NCBI GenBank assembly: GCA_964016885.1
Contig: OZ024743.1
Location: forward strand, 51,460,001 to 51,524,000
Direction of reading: 5' to 3'
DNA from: Eledone cirrhosa
Lineage: Eukaryota
DNA: 64,000 nt
Below, piece after piece: positions 36,894 through 51,335 of the stretch. The notes under the pieces are model-generated. The model saw only the letters and a program-made list of their open reading frames with translations, had not been told where the DNA came from and searched no databases. Within the stretch, counting starts at the first letter, position 1. Every line of letters begins with the position of its first letter. The position numbers and the translations under genes are program-made.

Positions 36894-36901
<8 letters not shown>
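34883..36901. repeat. ~2-kb palindrome: arms 34883-35839 and 35963-36901, 123-bp spacer
   Basis: Mirror-identical ORFs (35417-35632 minus = 36170-36385 plus; 35288-35476 plus = 36326-36514 minus). About four substitutions and one indel seen between arms. Confidence 0.97.
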
Positions 36902-36931
<30 letters not shown>

Positions 36932-37467
36932 CACACACACACACAGAAATATATGGGCATTTCTCTGTTTATCTGTCTGTCTGTCCTTCCCTAAAACTCA
37001 AATGTAGGTGCTACAGAAATATTACCTTCCCCTTCCTTTCTCCACTTTGGTACTACCAAGAGAAACACTGTCGCTATAGAAACATTACCTTCCCCTCTCC
37101 ACTGACTTTGGTCACTGAGGCCGAGGGAATCGCTGGTTGCTATAGAGACACCTTGCACAAGCCAGAAGTAACCAGTTCGAGGCGGTTCTGACTTGACACC
37201 ATGCCAAGGGCCATTTGAAGATATATTTCCATCGTTATATCATAAGGTTTATGTATCATAATGTTTATATTTCCGTCACTAATCTCTTTTTCTCCTTTTT
37301 CGTTTTAACATATATTTATTTCAAAGATTTCACCGTATAGATAACATATATATTTATACATGCATAAAAGACACACCGAGAGACATTTCTCATCCAAATC
37401 TCAACAATATCAGTATATACACTAGATTTGCTAGCAGAAAACCGCCCACCGGGTGGTTTTCTGCTAG

Positions 37468-37882
37468 TCTATATATATAAAACAGAAGATGTCTGTCTGT
37501 GTGTCTGTTTCCCTAAAACTCGAGAAGTACCCAACCATTTTTTTTTTCAAACTTTACACATGTAACCCGTATGGCCCCGGAAGTGTTTTGAGCAAAAGAA
37601 ATCTCAAATTTTCAATGCCCTAGGGATCGCATTAGACGATTTAGCGATCTCTTTCTCTTAGTCTTCTATTTTTAGATAGATACATAGATATGACGTCGCG
37701 CCTTCATAATATCTGTCTGTATGCCTAACTGTCTGCACTACGTCATTATGACGCGATTAGTGTGTGTGTGTGTATATATATTCTTATGCCAGGGAACGTC
37801 TTCACGAACCAAAGTATCGTCTTCCTGTTTTCCAGATTGATTTTTTTTAGTTTAAGAAGATCCCGTTAAGGTTGAAAGCAGC

Positions 37883-37922
<40 letters not shown>

Positions 37923-38359
37923 TAAACTTTAATATGTTATTTTAATATAGATATTCGTGTACAGATATTTTTGCATACACAAAAACAAAATATAAACAAA
38001 CAAGGCCAAAGATTACAAAGATTACATCAGTTAGTCTTAGTGTACTTCATACTGCTTTTAGGTAGAATATCCTGTTAAGGGTGAAAGCAGCGATTCATTT
38101 TCTGCGTTCACAGATTGATTTTTTTAGTTTCAGAAGATCCCGTTAAGTGTGAAAGCAGTGATTCTTTGCTTAAACTTTAATCTGTTATTTTAATATATAT
38201 ATATATATAATTATATATTCATGGACAGATATTTTTGCATACACAATAACAAAATATAAACAAACGTATTTATTTCACGAGGCTCGATAAGGATAAATAT
38301 ATATCAAATATATAAGAACCCTAGAGCAAATCCGGAGCAACGCCGGGCCATTCTGCTAG
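37468..38359 (+). mobile_element. Non-autonomous Helitron
   Basis: TCtatatatataaaac...ccgg-agcaacg-ccgg...gCTAG; 5' part homologous to the 29765 element. Confidence 0.8.
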
Positions 38360-39138
38360 TCTATATATATAAAACTGAGGATGTCTGTCTGTGTGTGAGT
38401 TTGAATCCCTAAAACTCGGGAACCACCCAACTGACTGTTTTCAAACTTTACACATATAATACCTGTGTTTCAGGGAGTGTTCTGAGCAAAAGAAATTTCA
38501 AATTTTCAATGCCCTAGGGACCGCATTAGGCGATTTAGCGATCTCTCTCTATAATTCTTAGTCTTTCTCTTTTTAGATAGATACATGCATATAACGTCGC
38601 GCCCTTATAATATCTGTCTGTATGTCTGACTGTCTGCATTACGTCACTCTCTGAGGATGTGTGTGTGTGTCTGTGAGTTTGAATCCCTAAAACTCGAGAA
38701 GTACCCAACCGACCTTTTTCAAACTTTACATGTGTATTACTTATGTTTCAGAGAGTGTTATGCACATAAAAATTCAACTTTTTGATCCCCTAGGGCCCGC
38801 ATTAGTTGAAAAACTGCGTTTTTTTCAGGTTTTTAGGTTTTTTTTGAGTCGTTACGTCAGACTGATTTCCTTGAAATTGTAACTATGTATTAGTCAGTCT
38901 CTTCTTCATACCGTGTGCAAAGAAAATCCAACTTTGTTATGGTCTAGGGCCCGCATTAGGTGAAAACCTGCATTTTTCCTGCTTCATTGAGGAAAATCTT
39001 AAAGATTATCCAGCCATCAGAGTATTCGGTTTATTTTCTTTACATATTGTCCACGCATGCAGTTTTTCCATGATTAGGTCTGTTGGCAGCCCGCATTCAA
39101 AATACCTTATCCCGTGCAACGGCGGGTACCACTGCTAG
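38360..39138 (+). mobile_element. Non-autonomous Helitron
   Basis: TC...cccgtgcaacggcggg...CTAG|T; paralog of 29765-30554. Confidence 0.85.
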
Positions 39139-39139
39139 T

Positions 39140-39216
<77 letters not shown>

Positions 39217-39669
39217 TGCAGTGCTGTGACTGGGTGGTGGTGGTGGGAGGAGCACGCACTAATCATGGGAGTACTCAATGCATGGGGAGTTACAGAGTGC
39301 ATATAACAATGTGTAAAATCCTGACTACGCCGCCAACCAGTTTTGGCTTGTGTGTTCAGCAAGCCTTTTAAAAGGTGTAATAATATTTGCAGAGTGTGTA
39401 AAAATAGGTCACAAGTCTTGATGTGCTTTGGTTATCATTAGTAGAAAACTGGTCTGATGGAGAAAGTGGTGGTGGTTGGGGGGGGGGGGGGGGTAGAGAA
39501 TAGTTAGTGTATCTGGGCAGGCAAGGGTCAGGAGAAGGAAGTAGTGTGGGAGGGGAAGGGTATAATAGTCGTAGGAATAGGGGTGAGGGGTAAGACAGTA
39601 TATACAAGCTTAGAGGTTGAAGGAGTATTTTAATGAAAAGAATAAAATAAGATAAAAAGTGGGTTATAC

Positions 39670-41155
39670 AGAAGTTTTCCAGTGGGTCCTATCAGGAGCA
39701 ATCTAAGTGACACCAGACAACCTCGGGATCTACTCCTTGGTCTCCTGTCAGTTGGTTTGGCCCGTAAAATCTGTCCAGTGATTCTTTCCTGAGACATTCT
39801 AACCACATGCTCATAGTACTGGAGCTGTGATCTTTCAATTCAGAGAAATAGCAGTTCTACCTGGGGTGACTCTCTGATCTCTGAGCTTCATACTATCGAG
39901 TAATGTTACTCCAAAGACCCTTTGGAGGAACCCCATTTCAGCCACTTGTGTTCAAGATTGTATTCTTTTGGTCATTACCCAAGGTTCATGACCATAGGCA
40001 AGGGTTGCCACAAATACTGAATATTTAAGCTGGTGCATTACTTCACCAGCTCCTGCAATTCTTGCATTTAATTCATCCTCCTCCCTTCCATCACTTGTGA
40101 ACATGGCCCTTGAAATTCTCCACCCTCTTCAGAGAAAGTCCATTCACACGTAGAGTGCACTGTGCAGGTTTCCTTGAGAGGACAAGTGTCTCAACTAGTT
40201 TGAAGTTGACAATCTCCCTACAACTCTTTGCCAGACTCATATCATACTTAAATGGGAAAACTTAACAAGGAGATCCCTGTATAATTGAAGCAATCTCTCT
40301 TGTCTCCCTTTTTGAAAATTGGGTTTATCACTCCTGATTGCCATTACTTAGGTGCCTTTCCAGAGATCTAGGCCACCTGGCACACAACTCAGCTAGAGAG
40401 TACCTTCTCTATTTAAGGCTTTTAACATCTTGGGCTGAATTTCATCCTCCCCAGTGGCCTAGCCACATTTGAGCTCTTTAATTACACTTGTGACCTCAGC
40501 CTTCAACAGGTTAGTCATCACTCCCAGATGCACCTTGTATACATCCAAAGATGCTGTTGTGACTGTCTTTAGGAGATCAGAAAAGTATTCTCTCCCCCTT
40601 GCGAGGTTGCATCTCTCTGAAGAGAGAACTCCAGACATGTTCCTGATAGGAGGTTAGGAGGAGGACTTCTTATTACGAAGTTGGCAGATGGTCTGCCAGA
40701 ACATTTTATTCCAGCTTAATCCCAAAGTCCTCCTCTGTCTTAACATTGGACACCATTATTGCCTCTGCTGCGATTCTTCATGCTTGCTTGTACTGCAAGT
40801 GTAAGAAGGAGGACTTGTTTCCAAGCCAAGTTTTGTAGGCTTCCTTCTTTGACCTCTTGATTGAACAATTGGGTCCTCCTACCATCCAGTGCCACACCAA
40901 GCCTCTTTTGCCTGCAGCATTTAACAGCGAAAGCAGAAATTGCTGAGCCGAACAATCTCCACTCCATTTCAGCACCCTCGGTTTCCTCAGGGAGTTTTCT
41001 CAATTTGGATCCAATAGTATCCACATACCTGGTCCTGACTTCCTTATCTAGTAGCACTCCCCACTTTATCCTGTAGGTCGACCTCAACCTGTCGGTTTTG
41101 TGTGCTTCATTGGCTTTAGGTAGTCTCAAGTAACTAGATGGTGATCAGTTGACTG
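39670..41155 (-). mobile_element. Old, heavily decayed RTE-like LINE distinct from families A and B
   Basis: Minus-strand remnants: TDH at ~41140, EMEWRLF...AVKCC, GEDEIQPKMLKAL, WQSGVINPIFKKGDK and HVVRMSQER. Confidence 0.7.
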
Positions 41156-41454
41156 CCCAGCCCTCTCTATTAATAGAAGTAAATGAGCAAATGGTTAAAT
41201 AAATTAGTAAGTAGGTGAGTGAATAGGATAAAATAAAATAAAAAGATAAAGTAAAATTTAAGGGTTTAAAGTGTGTGAATTATATTTATGCATACTAGCA
41301 CACACAGTACACAGGGATTTTAAAAGGTTTTACATAGAAATGCCTGGATAAATCAATCTATTATTACTTTAAGAAAAAGAATGGGGTGAGGTAAAATTTA
41401 GAGTGTAAGGCTTGCTGAACACACAAGCGGAAACCACTTGGAGGAACTGCGGTC

Positions 41455-41645
41455 AGAATTCAATTCTTGGACCGGGTAATGTGTTGTTTCCTTGAGCAAG
41501 ACACTTTATTTCATGTTGCTCCACTTTACTCAACTGTAGAAATGAAATGATAGGACTGGGGTCCCTATCATTAAATCACCTAAGACACCTCAGAATGAGA
41601 TATACCTTGGAGGAGGCCAGCTAAAGCTGCATAGGTATGAGCTGT
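41455..41645 (+). mobile_element. tRNA-SINE lacking its 5' head
   Basis: Homologous to 14285-14427, including the hairpin. Confidence 0.7.
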
Positions 41646-42789
41646 CACACACACTGGATGAGTGCTTGTTTGAATGCTTTTATCACCCTGCACACTTTCT
41701 CAGAAAGACCCAACTGATAGTAATTTCATATCTGTAAAGTTTATCCCGAACTGGTAATGACCCTTGGTAGCACTGCCAGGCCAGGGATTTCTGGAACTTA
41801 TCCATAGGGCCTGGACCGCTTAGTAATAATAATAATGATAATTTCTGTTATTGGCCACAAGGGCCTAAGATGTGGAGAACAGTACCAAGATAATAATTGT
41901 TTCTACTTTTTGGCACAAGGCCAGCAATTATCCCAGTGTATTACTGGTACTTATTTTATCGACCTCGTAAGGATGAAAGGTAAAGTTAACCTCGGTGGGA
42001 TTTGAACTCAGAGTACCAAGATAATAATGATTTCTCATTTAGGTATAAGACCAACAACTTGTGGGGAGGGGAAAGTCATTTATATTGACCCAGTTCATAA
42101 CTGGTACTTTTATTGACCCCATAAGGATGAAAGGCAAAGCTAACTATGGCAAGATTTGAACTCAGATTGTAAAGAGCCATAACTCTATGCTATAAAGCAT
42201 GTTGTCCAATGCTCTACCAATACTACCAACCAACTGCTCTTGATAATAGTGATAATCATTTATCTTGTTTAGGATTTTTAAAAATCCAAATTTCCTAAAT
42301 AATCCAGTTTTTATATAATTTTGAAAAGAATTTAATTATTTTTTATTTAGTTGGTTTGTACTCTTTCACCCTCTCTCATTCCACCTCTCTCTTATTTCCT
42401 CTCTTCCACTCCCTCTCTTTCAGATCATGCCCTTAATATATATATACATACATACACACACACACACAACATATATGTACAAATACATATGCACATTCTG
42501 TTATATCTTATACAATCCTGCTACAAACAATTGCTATTTAAAATGTCTACAACATATTCCCCCTCCCCCTCCTCTATCTTGCCCTCTCTTCCTATCTTTC
42601 GTTTTGTCTTTCTCTCTTTTTTCTATTTTTCTTTCACTTTCTCTCTCTCTCTCTTCCTCTCTCCCTCTCTCTCCCCTTCTCTCTACCCCCCTCTCCATTT
42701 TGCTTCTTAACCTGTTTTTCTTTTCCTCCTTTTTACAAAGCATTGAGAAAATCTGGATGTGTGGGCGTGTATTTTACTTGTGTGTATTG

Positions 42790-43290
42790 GTGTGTACTGT
42801 TTTGTGTGTGTATGGGTGTGTACTAATTGGTGTGTGTATGGGTGTGTATGGGTGTGCATGCATTATTCTGTGCTTGTATGGGTGTGTATGCACTATTTTG
42901 TGTTGTGTGTGCACTATTGTGTGTGTATGGGTGTGTGTGCACTATTGTGTGTATGGGTGTGTGCACTATTGTGTGTGTATGGGTGTGTGTGCACTATTGT
43001 GTGTATGGGTGTGTGCACTATTGTGTGTGTATGGGTGTGTGCACTATTGTGTGTGTATGGGTGTGTGCACTATTGTGTGTGTATGGGTGTGTGCACTATT
43101 GTGTGTGTATGGGTGTGTGCACTATTGTGTGTGTATGGGTGTGTGCACTATTGTGTGTGTATGGGTGTGTGCACTATTGTGTGTGTATGGGTGTGTGTGC
43201 GCTATTTTGTGTTGTATGGGTGTGTGCACTATTGTGTGTGTATGGGTGTGTGTGCACTATTGTGTGTATGGGTGTGTGTGCACTATTATG
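42790..43290. repeat. 25-27-bp GT-rich minisatellite (gtgcactattgtgtgtgtatgggtgt)
   Basis: Direct reading. Confidence 0.92.
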
Positions 43291-45319
43291 TACGTGTGCA
43301 TGCATATGTGCATTCACATTACTAGTTATTTCTGTTTCAAAATATTTTTGAATTTGAAAGAAATGTCAGGAAACCAGGTGGACCAAACCAGTTACACCAA
43401 TTCTCAGGGAGATTCAGTGTGTGACGTGGTGAGATTGTGGAGATGTTAGAGGGGAGAGGACTAGATACATGCTGTGTGCAAGGAGTGAGGTGGAGGGGGT
43501 GGTTCAGACAGATTCATCACAGGCAAGGAACACCAGAGTGAATCTGTTTAGAAAATCTAGTCTAATTTATTCAAACACAGGCAATGTAGAGTTGTGAGGA
43601 ATGTTTAGTGATATTGGTGTCACAATAATGCACCCAGTACACTCTGTACAGTGTTTGGTTTTAGGGAGGACATCCAAGTGTAGAAATTATGCTAAACAAA
43701 GGACAGGACACTTCAATCATGTTGAAAACATGACAACCTCCTTAATACTGTCTACTAGACTCCGTAAATTAATTAGTGTAAGGAAGGGCATCCGGCTGAA
43801 GAAATCATTCCAAATATTGGAATTGGAAACATAGGACTGTGATGTCCCCCCCCCCCCCCCATAATTTGTTTGGGAAGACAGTAACTCCATATAAGAACTT
43901 GGGCTGTGGTAACCCATCCAACCTATGCCAACATGAAATGATGGTGACGATGGTGCTGATTTACACAAATTCCAATTCATTTTCACATTGGATGTCGTCC
44001 AAACCTAGTTTGAAGTAGGATATTGATAAAATTACTAGAAACAGAAATATAGAAGACAAGTTTTTTTAGTTTAAATATTTTCTCTCCATACCTATAACAG
44101 TGGGTGTTTCTCTCTAATTGGTTTATTCTGATTTGGAAAACTTTTCCATCATTTCCTCTATTAACCTTCAATTACATTAAGCTAATTTTTTTGACTATTT
44201 TCAGTTTAGCTATAAGTGCATTGTTATAAATTCAACATACTGTATCTCTTGTGTTTTTTCTGTGGGTTATGCTGAACCACAAATATTTTCTTTCACCCTT
44301 TTGATACCAAACTGACTAAAACTGCCCTTGATACAAAACTTTATTCTAAAGTGTTTATATTTATCTGAAAACTTTTTATCATAATTTTTATGTAAAAATG
44401 TTTGCTATGTTCCAAACACCAACTTAATAAGAAAGTTATAATTCTAACTATCTTCAAATTTTTTATTATTTCAAAAATTTTTGAAAACTATAAACAGTAT
44501 CTTTTTATTAGAAATATGGTACGAAAGGGTTAAAGTGTTTATATATATGTAAAAACCTTCCTTCAAAATTTCATGTAGGAACCTTTAGGTTATGTTCCAA
44601 ACACCAGTTTAATAATGAGAAAGTTAGTTACTAAATCCTTCCAAATTTTTAAAGGAAATTCTGGAAAGATTTTTACATAAAATTATGATATAATGAATTT
44701 AGATAAATATAAACACTTTAAACTAAACAGTTTTTTGTGTTTTGGTATAAAAAGGAGGAAGGTCAGCAGCTTAATAATTCCTCTTGGAATTACAGGAAAA
44801 TTCAATCGATAAATGATACTTGTTTGAACCAATTTGTTTTGTTATATCAACATAGTTTTGGCTGAAATTTCTTTGGAAAGAAATGATGGAAGTAGGGTAA
44901 TTATTTCAGGCATTATTTTTACAGAATATTTCCATCAATAGTAGTGTTGTTATAGAATGATTCATTGTAGAGAGAAAGAAGAATGGTTTATCTGTTTAGA
45001 TACATATTTCAGATATGATTCAGTGATGCCTTGTTCTGTGATAAATTGGCATGGGTATACATACAAAAGTATATATTTGTATAGAGGAAATATACACATG
45101 AAGGAAGGTGTTTGCACACAGGAAATACAGGCAGATGGAAATTGAGCAGGTCTGAAGCTGGAAGTGTGACTAGAAAGTTCCGGAGAGTTACAGTCATAGG
45201 GAAGAAAACAAATAGGAATGTTTTAATCACTTTGGTACCACCTGGACAAAGCTAACCTTGTGGTTAGTTCTATGAAACAAAACCATACATTGTTTCTGTG
45301 GCTCTTTAATGTTAAACAG

Positions 45320-47060
45320 ATTACAGAATACACTAAGTGCATTTTATCATGGCACCAACACTACTACTTTACAGAATATACTGAGTATATTTTATCATGG
45401 CACTATCACTTTACAGAGTATACTGAGTATATTTTATCATGGCACCAACACTACTACTTTACAGAGTATACTGAGTATATTTTATCATGGCACCAACACT
45501 ATCACTTTACAGAGTATACTGAGTATATTTTATCATGGCACTATCACTTTACAGAGTATACTGAGTATATTTTATCATGGCACCAACACTACGACTTTAC
45601 AGAGTATACTGAGTATATTTTATCATGGCACCAACACTATCACTTTACAGAGTATACTGAGTATATTTTATCATGGCACTATCACTTTACAGAGTATACT
45701 GAGTATATTTTATCATGGCACCAACACTATCACTTTACAGAATATACTGAGTATATTTTATCATGGCACTATCACTTTACAGAGTATACTGAGTATATTT
45801 TATCATGGCACCAACACTACGACTTTACAGAGTATACTGAGTATATTTTATCATGGCACCAACACTACTACTTTACAGAGTATACTGAGTATATTTTATC
45901 ATGGCACCAACACTATCACTTTACAGAGTATACTGAGTATATTTTATCATGGCACCAACACTATCACTTTACAGAGTATACTGAGTATATTTTATCATGG
46001 CACCAGCACTACCACTTTACAGAGTGTACTGGGTGTATTTTATCATGGCACTAACACTACGACTTTACAGAGTGTACTGGGTGTATTTTATCATAGCACC
46101 AACACTACCACGTTACAGAGTATACTGAGTATATTTTATCATGGCACCAACACTACCACTTTACAGAGTGTACTGAGTATATTTTATCATGGCACCAACA
46201 CTACCACTTTACAGAGTGTACTGGGTGTATTTTATCATGGCACTAACACTACCACTTTACAGAGTGTACTGGGTGCATTTTATCATGGCACCAGCACTAT
46301 CAATTTAGATTGTACTGGGTGTATTATACTGTGATACCAACACTATCAATTTACAGAATGTACTGGGTGTATTTTATTGTGGTACCAGCACTATTAATTT
46401 ACAGAATGTAATAGGTGTATTTTATTGTGGTACCAGCACTATTAATTTACAGAATGTACTTGGTGTATTTTATTGTGGTACCAGCACTATTAATTTACAG
46501 AATGTACTGGGTGTATTATACTGTGATACCAACACTATCAATTTACAGAATGTACTGGGTGTATTTTATTGTGGTACCAGCACTATTAATTTACAGAATG
46601 TACTAGGTGTATTTTATTGTGGTACCAGCACTATTAATTTACAGAATGTACTTGGTGTATTTTATTGTGGTACCAGCACTATTAATTTACAGAATGTACT
46701 GGGTGTATTTTATTGTGGTACCAGCACTATTAATTTACAGAATGTACTTGGTGTATTTTATTGTGGTACCAGCACTATTAATTTACAGAATGTACTGGGT
46801 GTATTTTATTGTGGTACCAGCACTATTAATTTACAGAATGTACTTGGTGTTAATTTACAGAATGTACTGGGTGTATTTTATTGAGGTACCAGCACTATTA
46901 ATTTACAGAATGTACTGGGTGTATTTTATTGTAGTACCAGCACTATTAATTTACAGAATGTACTTGGTGTATTTTATTGTGGTACCAGCACTATCAATTT
47001 ATAGAGTGTACTAGGTGTATTTTCTCATGGCATTAACATTATTACTTTACTGAGCGTACT
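45320..47060. repeat. 45/39-bp minisatellite in two sequence domains, related to the family B UTR unit
   Basis: tttacagagtatactgagtatattttatcatggcaccaacactac units, changing to tttacagaatgtactgggtgtattttattgtggtaccagcactattaa units. Confidence 0.92.
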
Positions 47061-47444
47061 AAAGGCAATTAATTTTAATATACATTTTTTTTAGGTTATA
47101 TGGATGGGATAGTTCTGCAGATCTAGAACTTTACCATATTAGCGTCCACTTAGCTGCAATATGGGAGGAAGATATCATTAGTGATTTGAATCAATTGATT
47201 AGGTGTGGTAGCTGTAGGAAGATCTATATATTGATCTCCTTTAATGTCTTTTGAAGAATTAGACAGGGGGGAATCAATACTGAAACCAGTTCCTCTCTCT
47301 GGGGGCAAGAATCATTAAATGTCAATGTTAGAATATAATCTATCGCTGTGTGTGTGTGTGTCTGTGTGCTACCTCTGACCAGTCTATCAGATTATGACAA
47401 CCCTTCCAATCCATGCCCCTATAGAAAACAGTTGTAAAATGACA

Positions 47445-47608
47445 TCTCTCTCTCTCTCTATATATATATATATCTATATATATATATATATCTATATATA
47501 TATATATATATCTATATATATATATATATATCTATATATATATATATATATATCTATATATATATATATAAATCTATATATATATATATATCTATATATA
47601 TATATATA

Positions 47609-47679
<71 letters not shown>

Positions 47680-48007
47680 ATAATCTATATATATATATAA
47701 TCTATATATTATAATATATCTATATATATATATATCTATATCTATATATATATATATATCTATATATATATATATCTATATATATATATATCTATATATA
47801 TATATATCTATTATAATATATATATATCTATATATATATATATCTATAATATATATATCTATATATCTATATATATCTATATAATATATATAAATCTATA
47901 TATATATATATCTATATATAAATAATATTTATATCTATCTAATATATATCTATATATATATATATATCTATATATATATATATATCTATATATATATATA
48001 TCTAATC

Positions 48008-48042
<35 letters not shown>

Positions 48043-49068
48043 ATCTATATATATTAATATATCTATATATAATATATATATATCTATATATATATATATC
48101 TAATATATAATATATATCTATATATATATATATATATATCTATATATATAATATAATCTATATATATAATATCTATATATATATATAATATATATCTATA
48201 TATAATATATATATCTATATATATATATATATCTATATATATATATATCTATATATATATATATAATATATATATCTATATATATATATATATCTATATA
48301 TATATTATAATATATATATATATATTATCTATATATATATATATCTATATATATATATACTATATATATATATATATATATATCATATATATATATATAT
48401 ATATATATCTATATATATATATACATATATATATAATATTACTTATATATATATCTATATATATATATATATATCTAATCTATATATATTATATATATAT
48501 ATATATATATATCTATATATCTATATATATCTATATATATATATATATCTATATATCTAATATATATATAATATCTATATATCTAATATATATCTATATA
48601 TATATATCTATATATATATATTTATATATATGTATATATATATATCTATATATATATATATATCTATATATCTATATATGTATATATATATATATATCTA
48701 TATATGTATATATATATATCTATATATATATTATATATCTATATATCTATATATGTATATATATATATATATATCTATATATGTATATATATATATTATC
48801 TATATATATATATATAACTTATATCTATATATGTATATATATATCTATATATATCTATATATATATATATATATATATCTATATATATCTATATATATAT
48901 ATATAATATTATCTATCTATATATATAATATATAATCTATATATATATATATTATATCTATATATATATATATATCTATATATATCTATAATATATAATA
49001 TCAATATATATATATAAATATATATATCTATATATATATATATATATCTATATATATATATATATATA

Positions 49069-49103
<35 letters not shown>

Positions 49104-49240
49104 AATATATATATATATATATATATATCTATATATATATATATATCTATATATATATATTATATATATATATATCTATATAAATATATATATATATATA
49201 TCTATATATATATATATATATATCTATATATATATATATA

Positions 49241-49275
<35 letters not shown>

Positions 49276-49339
49276 ATATATATATATATATATAATATCT
49301 ATATATAATATATATATATATCTATATATATAATATATA

Positions 49340-49402
<63 letters not shown>

Positions 49403-49518
49403 TCTATATATATATCTATATATATATATATATCTATATATATATATATCTAAATATATCTATATATCTATATATATCTATATATATCTATATATCTATA
49501 TATATATAATATAATATA

Positions 49519-49553
<35 letters not shown>

Positions 49554-49562
49554 ATATATATA

Positions 49563-49601
<39 letters not shown>

Positions 49602-49937
49602 ATCTATCTATATATATATATATCTATATATATATATATATAATATATATATATATATATCTATATATATATATATATATATCTATATATATATCTATAT
49701 ATATCTATCTATCTATCTATCTATATTTACACGTTTTTATTGTATGTAAACTTCCCCCTTTGTATTTGTCCCCTTCTTTTGTGCCCCTGTGGCTAATAAA
49801 GAAATATATCTATATGATATATATATATATATCTATATAATATATCTATCTATCTATCTATATATATATATATATATATCTATATATATATATATATATC
49901 TAAATATATAATATCTATCTATATATATATATATATA

Positions 49938-49970
<33 letters not shown>

Positions 49971-50424
49971 ATATATATATATATATATCTATATAATATA
50001 TATATATATCTATATATATATATCTATCTATATATATATATATATATCTATATATATATATATATATATATATATCTATAAATATAATAAATATATCTAT
50101 ATATATATAATATATATATATATAAATATATATATCTATAATATATATATATATATATATATAAATATATATATATATTATAATATCTCTATCTATCTAT
50201 CTATATATATATATATATATCTATATAATCATATAAATCTATCTATCTATTATATATAATATATATCTATATAATATCTATATCTATATAAATATATCTA
50301 ATCTATATATATATATCTATATATATCTAAATATATCTAATATATATATATCTATATATATATATCTATATATATAATATATCATCTATATCTATATATA
50401 TATATCTATATATATATATATATC

Positions 50425-50466
<42 letters not shown>

Positions 50467-51335
50467 TATATATAATATCTATATATATCTATATATATAT
50501 ATATATATCTATATATATATATATCTATATATATATATCTTTATAATATCTATATATATCTATCTATATATATCTATATATATAATATCTATATATATAT
50601 ATATCTATATATATATATCATATATATATATCTATATATATAATATCTATATATATATATCTATATATATATATCTATATATATATATATCTATATATAT
50701 ATATCTAATATATATATCTAAATATATATATCTCTATATATATATATATCTATATATATATATCTATATATATTATCTATATATATATATATCTATATAT
50801 ATATATCTCTATATATATATATCTATATATATATATCTATATATATATATCTATATATATATATATCTATATATATCTATATATATATATATCTATATAT
50901 ATATATATCTATATATATATATCTATATATATATATCTATATATATATCTATATATATATATCTATATATATATCTATATATATATCTATATATATATAT
51001 CTAATATATATATATCTATATATATATATCTATATATATATATATAAATATATATATATCTATATCTATATATATATATATATATATCTATATATATATA
51101 TCTATATATATATATCTATATATATATATCTATATATATATATATATATATCTATATATATATATCTATTATATATATATATAATATATATATCTATATC
51201 ATATCTATATCTATATATCTATATCTATATATCTATATCTATATATCTATATATATATATCTATATATATATATCTATATATAATATATCTAGTATATAT
51301 ATATCTATATATATATATATCTATATATATCTATA
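47445..51335. repeat. ~3.9-kb (TA)n tract punctuated by TC
   Basis: Direct reading; one non-repetitive island at ~49725-49805. Confidence 0.97.

Larger units (their letters stand above)
33751..37467 (+). mobile_element. Composite Helitron-like unit: 5' ends at 33751 and 34002, 3' CTAG at 37467
   Basis: A|TCtccttataatatataaccagc...gtctgt occurs twice; terminal hairpin 37431-37467 ends in CTAG. Whether the whole span is one element is uncertain. Confidence 0.5.
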
